Below are positions 58,442 to 64,000 of a stretch of 64,000 bases of DNA, piece after piece. The DNA is from Pyrodictiaceae archaeon. Lineage in GTDB: Archaea > Thermoproteota > Thermoprotei_A > Sulfolobales > Pyrodictiaceae. Below the pieces are notes generated by a model. That model saw only the letters and a program-made list of their open reading frames with translations, had not been told where the DNA came from and did not search any database. The stretch covers positions 164,880 through 228,879 of the forward strand of contig JALVSY010000007.1 in the NCBI GenBank assembly GCA_027036135.1, read 5' to 3'. Both the position numbers and the translations under genes were made by a program. The first letter of the stretch is position 1. Each line of letters starts with the position of its first letter.

Positions 58442-58732
58442 TACTAGATCCTACACATAATACGCCAAAGAGAATGCCGCAATGCGCCATAGCGTTAGCA
58501 CTAGTAATTAATTTTCCACGGATAGTTATAGTAGAAATGTGATGGAGCCTAGGATCCGGGGTTGGACTCGGAGGGCAAAAGTTATAATACCGGCTTATGC
58601 CGGGCAAGAAGTCGTTGCACTAGCGTCTTTATCTTTGAAAACATTTATTGCTCTGCTTCCCCGCCTTCTAGCTAGATGAGCTAGGCGAGAACATATCTTC
58701 ATGATAGATTCATGTAATGGGGTGTGCTACTC

Positions 58733-59761
58733 GTGGAGTTCAATCTCGACATGGATTTGTTGCGCAGGCTTGTTTTTGAGCCCGGTGTCTCGGGGTACGA
58801 GGAGCCCATAAGAAGGCTCATTATAAGCGAGATAGAGGACTACGGCAAGGTCAACATAGACGACGTAGGTAATGTTTTCCTCGACCTCGGGGGCGAGGGC
58901 GATACAGTACTGCTAGCCGCACACATGGATGAGCTAGGACTAGTAGTAACGAACATATTTGATGACGGGCTCCTTGCTTTCCGGAAACTAGGCGGAATAG
59001 ATGACCGCACACTACCTAGTCAGCACGTCCTAGTCCTCGGCTCCAAGGGACCTGTTGAGGGCGTTATAGGGCTTGAGCCGCCCCACCTACAGTTCGAGAA
59101 AGAGCCAAAAACTGTACCGTGGCACCAGCTGAGGATAGATGTCGGTGCTTCTTCTAGGCAGGAAGTAGAGGAGATGGGTATAAGGGTCCTAGACCCCGTT
59201 GTGCCGAAGAAGCACTGGAGCATGCTTAACCATGGCAAGTTCCTAGCGAGCAGGGGCTTCGATGACCGGGCAGGGGTCTATGTACTAATCGAGCTTGCCA
59301 AGCTAGTAGCAAGGGGAGAGATTAAGCCGAGGCACCACGTGGTGCTCGCGTGGACTGTGCAGGAGGAGCTAGGGCTGAGAGGAGCATTCGCCATAGCCGC
59401 CCGCTTGAAGCCTAGGTACTTCGTAGCGGTAGACACTATGGCTTGCTGCCGTCCCGAGATAACTGGTCCCCTAAAGCTGGGACAGGGCCCAGCGATAAGA
59501 GTCCTTGATAACGCCTATGTCGCTAACTGGGGCTTGGTGAAGCGCCTAAGAGAGGTAGCGGAGGAGGAGAAGATACCCTCCCAGCTAGCTAGCGGTGGAG
59601 GGGGGACAGACGCTGCAGCATTCCAGAGAGCAGGGGTAGCATCAATAGCGGTAGTCATGCCAGTGAAGTACGCGCATACAACAACCGAGCTAATAGCCCG
59701 GAGCGACATCGAGAACACGGTAAGGCTACTAGCAGCTGCTCTCACGAAGGGACTCGCCTAG
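58733..59761 (+). CDS. M42-family (TET) aminopeptidase
   Basis: GVSGYE, AAHMDELG, LGGID, FDDRAG, VQEELGLRGA, GGGTDA, YAH. Confidence 0.92.
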   Translation: MEFNLDMDLLRRLVFEPGVSGYEEPIRRLIISEIEDYGKVNIDDVGNVFLDLGGEGDTVLLAAHMDELGLVVTNIFDDGLLAFRKLGGIDDRTLPSQHVLVLGSKGPVEGVIGLEPPHLQFEKEPKTVPWHQLRIDVGASSRQEVEEMGIRVLDPVVPKKHWSMLNHGKFLASRGFDDRAGVYVLIELAKLVARGEIKPRHHVVLAWTVQEELGLRGAFAIAARLKPRYFVAVDTMACCRPEITGPLKLGQGPAIRVLDNAYVANWGLVKRLREVAEEEKIPSQLASGGGGTDAAAFQRAGVASIAVVMPVKYAHTTTELIARSDIENTVRLLAAALTKGLA

Positions 59762-59764
59762 ACT

Positions 59765-60598
59765 ACTCTTAGCAGGCACTGGCTAGCTACCAGCGCCGAC
59801 GAGCCGAGAAACTTGCCATAAACAATGCTCCCCTCATCCACCTAGGCCAGCCCTTCTCAGCCCACTCACCGCTAGCGGCGTAGCGATGACCAGCGATGAT
59901 GTATTTTGAGACATCGAGTACTAGTCCTATAGCATGCTCAGCGACAGCCTCCGCTATAGCCTCTGGCTCATTAGCTACGCAGACGCCGCGGCGCTCAGCA
60001 GCCCCAGAGTCTATGTAGTTGAGCCCACTAGTCTCATAGCCCATTAGATGAAGTGCATAGGAGTAAAGAACGTCTACTGGTCTAGGAGGCGTAAAGCTGA
60101 GCTAGAACTAGTCCTGGGGGCCAAGCGGCTAGGCCTAGACGGACTCTTCTCATCCTCCAATATAGTAGTGGTGACTCTTCCATGTATCCTGGAGACGAGG
60201 AACCTGATACGCTACGAACACCTAGCTAGGTTACCACATGGAGCAATATTCGTGAACATCGGCAGGGATGCGTAGTCGATGAAGCAACATTGGTAGGATT
60301 GCTAGAGACAAGGGAGGACATCAGAGTAGCCCCGGACATCTTCTGGCAAGAACCATTACCGCCCGAGAACCCCTGGTAGAGAGGTATGGCAGCGACCAAC
60401 GAGTAGTACTAACGCCTCACATAGCCGGGTACAGCGAGGAATCAATGATAGCCACAGCGATACTAGCAGTCATGCAGGCCAAGCTATTCCTAGAGAAAAG
60501 GGCTACATATGGAACCCTGCAACAAAGCCATGCAAACAATGCACCGAGAGCCCACCAAGCCTCGATGAAGTAATTAACCTTGCACGCAGCAATACATA
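59765..60598. pseudogene. D-2-hydroxyacid dehydrogenase remnant with its middle part inverted
   Basis: Minus strand GLNYID..AERRGV.VANEP...AVAEHAIGL...LVGAG. Plus strand VVTLP...TRNLI...FVNIGR, DIFWQEP, LTPHIAG. Multiple stops and frameshifts. Confidence 0.8.
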
Positions 60599-60699
60599 AA
60601 AACATGCCTGGTTCCATCTCTTGGCAACCACTATTCAGAGTATTAGCTTAACTTGTATTACCCTCTTCGCGACACCATAGAATCAAGTGGTGCCTAGTA

Positions 60700-60885
60700 G
60701 TGACAGAAGTAGAGGGAATAGTCAAGGGCGGCGTTATTATCCCGCTCAAGCCCTTAAGGGAGCTAGAAGGAAAAAAGGTTAAAATAAAGATAATAAGCGT
60801 TGAAAGCATCGACGCCGAGAAGCTATATTCTTATTTGAGGCTTCTAAGGGAGGGCGAGAATGCAGAGGAGCTTTTTGAAATATAA
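60700..60885 (+). CDS. DUF104/AF2212-like antitoxin
   Basis: VEGIVKGGVIIPLKPL..LEGKKVKIKI. Confidence 0.7.
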   Translation: MTEVEGIVKGGVIIPLKPLRELEGKKVKIKIISVESIDAEKLYSYLRLLREGENAEELFEI

Positions 60886-61205
60886 ACAAGGTGACATCGT
60901 TGTCCTAGAGCTGCCTTTTTACGGATCTTCTCGGATCAAAGCTAAGATCTGTACTTGTGCTAAATGCTGTAGATCTAGGTGACGATTTAACAGTAGCAAA
61001 GATAACGGGGTCGCCCGGTATTCATAGGGTGCCGATAACTAATTCTGACCTAGTCAGTGGCCATTTGAAGAAGGAGCCAAGCTACGTAGACTGTTCAAGC
61101 ATCTTTACTGTAGAGAAAAGGTTGGTAGTAAAGACTGTTGGAAGACTCACCGATGAAGCAATAAGTAGGGTTAAGCAAAAGCTAAGATGCATTTTAGGCG
61201 TATAA
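60860..61205 (+). pseudogene. PemK/MazF-family toxin, frameshifted
   Basis: YKQGDIVVLELPF|TDLLGSKLRSVLV...VAKIT...LKKEPSYV. Extra T in the run at about 60915-60920. Confidence 0.75.
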
Positions 61206-61355
61206 AAACAAAATAAATATATTATATTACAATATAACTGCAGGTCAATACAGTTTCATATGTGGAGGCTTCTCCACTCATCGGTGCCTCGTGGGGCTCC
61301 ACAAAGGAGCTATAGATGTTGAGCCGTTACTAGTAATCAGTGGGCGCATAGGGGT

Positions 61356-62727
61356 ATGACTGTTAGCGAAGAGGCTAGCGAGCTAGACGTTATTTTACAA
61401 GCGCTGGCTCACCCGGTTAGGCGTAGAGTGATAGAATTATTGGCGGAGAACAAGGGCCTAAGCTACTCGGAGCTCATGAGGCTAGTCGGGGTAGAGGACT
61501 CTGGTACCTTTGGTTTCCATCTCCGCCGGCTCCGAGGCCTTGTAAGGAAGAACGAGAGAGGAGACTACGAGCTTACAGGGCTAGGACTAAGAGCGTATAA
61601 ACTATTAAGGCTGCTAAGGAACCGCGCAGAGCCAGTCCCCGATAAAACCCCTCATCGAGGAAACCGGCCACGATGTTATCAGCCTTGGAGGGGTCAGGGA
61701 GCTTGAAGTGACTCAACCACTTCTTGAGCGCTTCGTGCAGGAGAACAAGTCGCTGGAGATAAGTGATGTGGAGAGGCTTGTAGTGCGCCCTGTTGAGCCA
61801 GAGCTTTTCACTAGAGCTGTAGAGAAAATAAGTAATGTAGGCGTGATCTATGCTCCTAATAATCTTCGAGACCTTCTTGAACCCAGGATAACCTATGCTA
61901 AGGAACTCATCTATTATAATAATGAAGACGAGCTACAAGAGCTACTAGGTAAGCCCCGGGAAAGCAAGGGAATCCTTAGCAAGGTATTAGGCCTTGTAAG
62001 AGCCTCGAAGAAGAACAATGAAATACCTCCGAAGACCATAATGAGGGGGAGGGTAAAGCTTAATGGTAAGCGAGTAGTTCTCGTCGCTGATACCTGTACC
62101 CTGAGCCTTGGTACCAGCTCGTCGAGAAGCGAGCTAGAATACCATTACTCTGTTCGTGCGAGAGATCCCGGGCTCAAAGTAGAGAAGGAGAACAACGGTA
62201 CCAAGATAACATGTATGCCTAGGAAGCCTCGCTGGGCCGAGCTAAGTATCGGCGCTCCTATCACACCATTAGAGGAAGCCAACATAGTGCTTGATACAAG
62301 TGAGGCAGAGTTCAGCGAGCTAGTTACTAATAGGGCGAGATTGTTCGCTGATACCTCTGAGGCACGGTTCAGCCTCAGACTTGTCGGCGATAACCCTGTA
62401 GCGGAAATAGAGGCTGATACATCGGAGCTAGAGGGGCTAGTAAGCGGGGAATGGAGAGGAAACGCCCTTGTTAGGGCAAAAGCCGACACATCCTCCATAG
62501 AGCTACGGCTGCGCATCCCGAGCGATGCAGCAGTCGCTGTGGCTCCCGAGATGCTCGATACCTCGGAGATAAGCATCACTCTCAATGGTAGCACTGTACC
62601 CCTCTTCTACGCTGACCAAGGCTACGACAAGGCAGCCAGGAGGATCCGGCTACTGATAAGCGCTGATACAAGTGAAGTCAGCATAAATATAAGGAGAGCC
62701 AAAGAGAGCCAGGGTACCACTACGTGA
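61356..62727 (+). pseudogene. ArsR-type HTH fused to a beta-repeat (DUF4097-like) domain, split by a +1 frameshift, or two genes
   Basis: ALAHPVRRRVI...FHLRRL...YELT. At GATAAAACCCCTC (about 61641-61653) the +1 frame runs into the 61708 ORF, which has repeated ADTSE motifs. Confidence 0.65.
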
Positions 62728-62797
62728 CCCGCGAGCCTTGATCAGTATTGCTGAGCATCGCCTGGCACATCTAACCAGGCTCTATTATTTCTCGCGA

Positions 62798-63088
62798 CTA
62801 GTGCCTAGGCGGCAGTAGTAATGAGGGACACTCTGTGCATCCTTTTTCGAGGTGGCCTATGTGTATGCAGCACGTTGCTAATGGGAGCAGTCTTGTATCC
62901 CTCATCTCTATGAGTATATAGTCTCCCGCTCTCTTAGCCGTTATCGGGCCTGGTCTCCTCACAAGCCTTTCTAGCTTAACTCTATACTCCTTCCCCCTGT
63001 ATCTTAGTCTAAGTGTTGCCTCGTAGAGGTCGCCGATCAGCCTTACTTCTTCTACTCTTGCCTCTACCTCTGTGCTCATCGTTCTCAC
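62798..63088 (-). CDS. Small hypothetical protein with C-terminal Cys/His cluster
   Basis: ATCCIHIGHLEKGCTECP. Confidence 0.65.
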   Translation of the reverse strand: MRTMSTEVEARVEEVRLIGDLYEATLRLRYRGKEYRVKLERLVRRPGPITAKRAGDYILIEMRDTRLLPLATCCIHIGHLEKGCTECPSLLLPPRH

Positions 63089-63156
63089 CCGGTATAGTAT
63101 TTTGTTTTTCTTGCACTATTTGTGTTAGTTTTCCCGTATCTGTAAAGGGGAATACT

Positions 63157-63190
63157 TATATCGGCCCGAGCTATCGCCCCGATATATCGG
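63157..63190. promoter_or_regulatory. Tandem palindromic operator array over the padR promoter
   Basis: TATCG-N3-CGA units at 63159, 63172 (perfect TATCGCCCCGATA) and a half site at 63185, 13-bp period, next to a CTTATA TATA-like box. Confidence 0.6.
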
Positions 63191-63197
63191 TGCCCGT

Positions 63198-63653
63198 ATG
63201 AGTGGCGAAAGGGGACTGCGTCTCATACTACTCCACTTATTGTCCCAGGGTCCCCGCTACGGTTACCAATTATTACAGGAGCTCGAGGATGTGCTAGGTC
63301 GGCGTCCTAGCCCTGGGACGCTCTATCCCCTCCTCCGGGGCCTACTTAGAGAGGGGCTCGTTGAGGCGAGGCTCAGTAGTAGGGGCGGGAGAATCGTCAA
63401 GATTTACTCGCTTACCGAGAAGGGACGCGGTGTCCTCGAGAGGTCGAGGCGCGAGGTTGAGGATGTTCTTTACTCGCTCCGCGCCCTCCACATGGCTCGG
63501 GATGCTGGTTTCGACGATGTGTTGCGTGAGCTCTGGGGACTTGTGAGGCTACTCCCAGGGCTCGGGCCCAGGGAGAGAGTAGAGGTTGCTAGGTTTCTCA
63601 GCGACCTCGCCAAGAGTATTAGGGGGTTCCGTGCTAGGCTAGGAGAGGCCTAG
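63198..63653 (+). CDS. PadR-family transcriptional regulator
   Basis: GPRYGYQLL, PSPGTLYPLL, KIYSLTEKG. Confidence 0.9.
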   Translation: MSGERGLRLILLHLLSQGPRYGYQLLQELEDVLGRRPSPGTLYPLLRGLLREGLVEARLSSRGGRIVKIYSLTEKGRGVLERSRREVEDVLYSLRALHMARDAGFDDVLRELWGLVRLLPGLGPRERVEVARFLSDLAKSIRGFRARLGEA

Positions 63654-63672
63654 CTGGAAGGAGGGATCTGGG

Positions 63673-64000
63673 CTGAGATCCGGCGAGGAGTATGCGATAG
63701 TTGCTGAGGGTCTTGTGAAGAGGTATGGTGACATAGTCGCTGTTAATGGTGTTAGTTTCCGCGTTAAATATGGAGAGATTTTCGGGTTCCTCGGCCCCAA
63801 TGGGGCTGGCAAGACCACTACTATTCATATCCTCTCTACGCTGCTTAAGCCAACCGCTGGCAGGGCTCTTGTTGCCGGCTACGACGTGGTCAGGGAGGCC
63901 GCGAGTGTTAGGCGTTCTATAGGCATAGTGTTCCAGGACCCTAGTCTAGACGAGGGACTAACCGCTTACGAGAACCTCTACATACACGGCAGGGTCTATG
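63673..64000 (+). CDS. ABC transporter ATP-binding protein (DrrA-like), 3'-truncated by the window edge
   Basis: CTG start behind GGAGGGA. LVKRYGDIVAVNGVSF...GFLGPNGAGKTT...GIVFQ. Confidence 0.85.
   Translation, partial: MRSGEEYAIVAEGLVKRYGDIVAVNGVSFRVKYGEIFGFLGPNGAGKTTTIHILSTLLKPTAGRALVAGYDVVREAASVRRSIGIVFQDPSLDEGLTAYENLYIHGRVY

Noticed and set aside
58300-58620. RNase P RNA (GGAACTCC and CCGGCTTA fragments)
   Set aside because: The intervening sequence is too AT-rich for a hyperthermophile structural RNA, and the GAGGAAAGUCC and AACAGAA cores are absent.
1-64000. CRISPR array, tRNA, rRNA, IS transposase or integrase
   Set aside because: I saw no regularly spaced 24-40 bp repeats, T-loop/anticodon patterns, rRNA signatures or transposase/integrase motifs.

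Overview
Gene-dense, GC-rich (about 55% by eye) archaeal sequence from a hyperthermophilic member of Thermoproteota (Crenarchaeota), most like Desulfurococcales/Pyrodictiaceae. The evidence is reverse gyrase, cdvA/cdvB/cdvC, PaREP1-type genes, a His-type Thi4, GGAGG/GGTG Shine-Dalgarno motifs and frequent TTG/GTG starts. Housekeeping genes include a CobN-like chelatase, a hydantoinase/oxoprolinase pair, Clp1-type kinase, MoeA, HemA, reverse gyrase, thi4-thiC, thiDN, several ABC transporters and an M42 peptidase. A type IV pilus locus lies next to a KaiC-like ATPase, a small partner protein and a Cys-rich HTH regulator. The three cdv division genes are dispersed rather than operonic. Toxin-antitoxin genes are numerous, and several are decayed. 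I saw no rRNA, tRNA, CRISPR array or transposase. Non-obvious signals are: an ungapped 146-bp tandem duplication with conserved blocks (leader-like), two candidate C/D-box sRNAs, apparent CTG start codons behind strong SD motifs, a dehydrogenase pseudogene with an inverted internal half, and a large secreted sequon-rich helical protein behind 11-bp phased repeats. Many single-base frameshifts and nonsense codons occur, and some may be assembly errors. All product calls come from motif recognition, not database searches.
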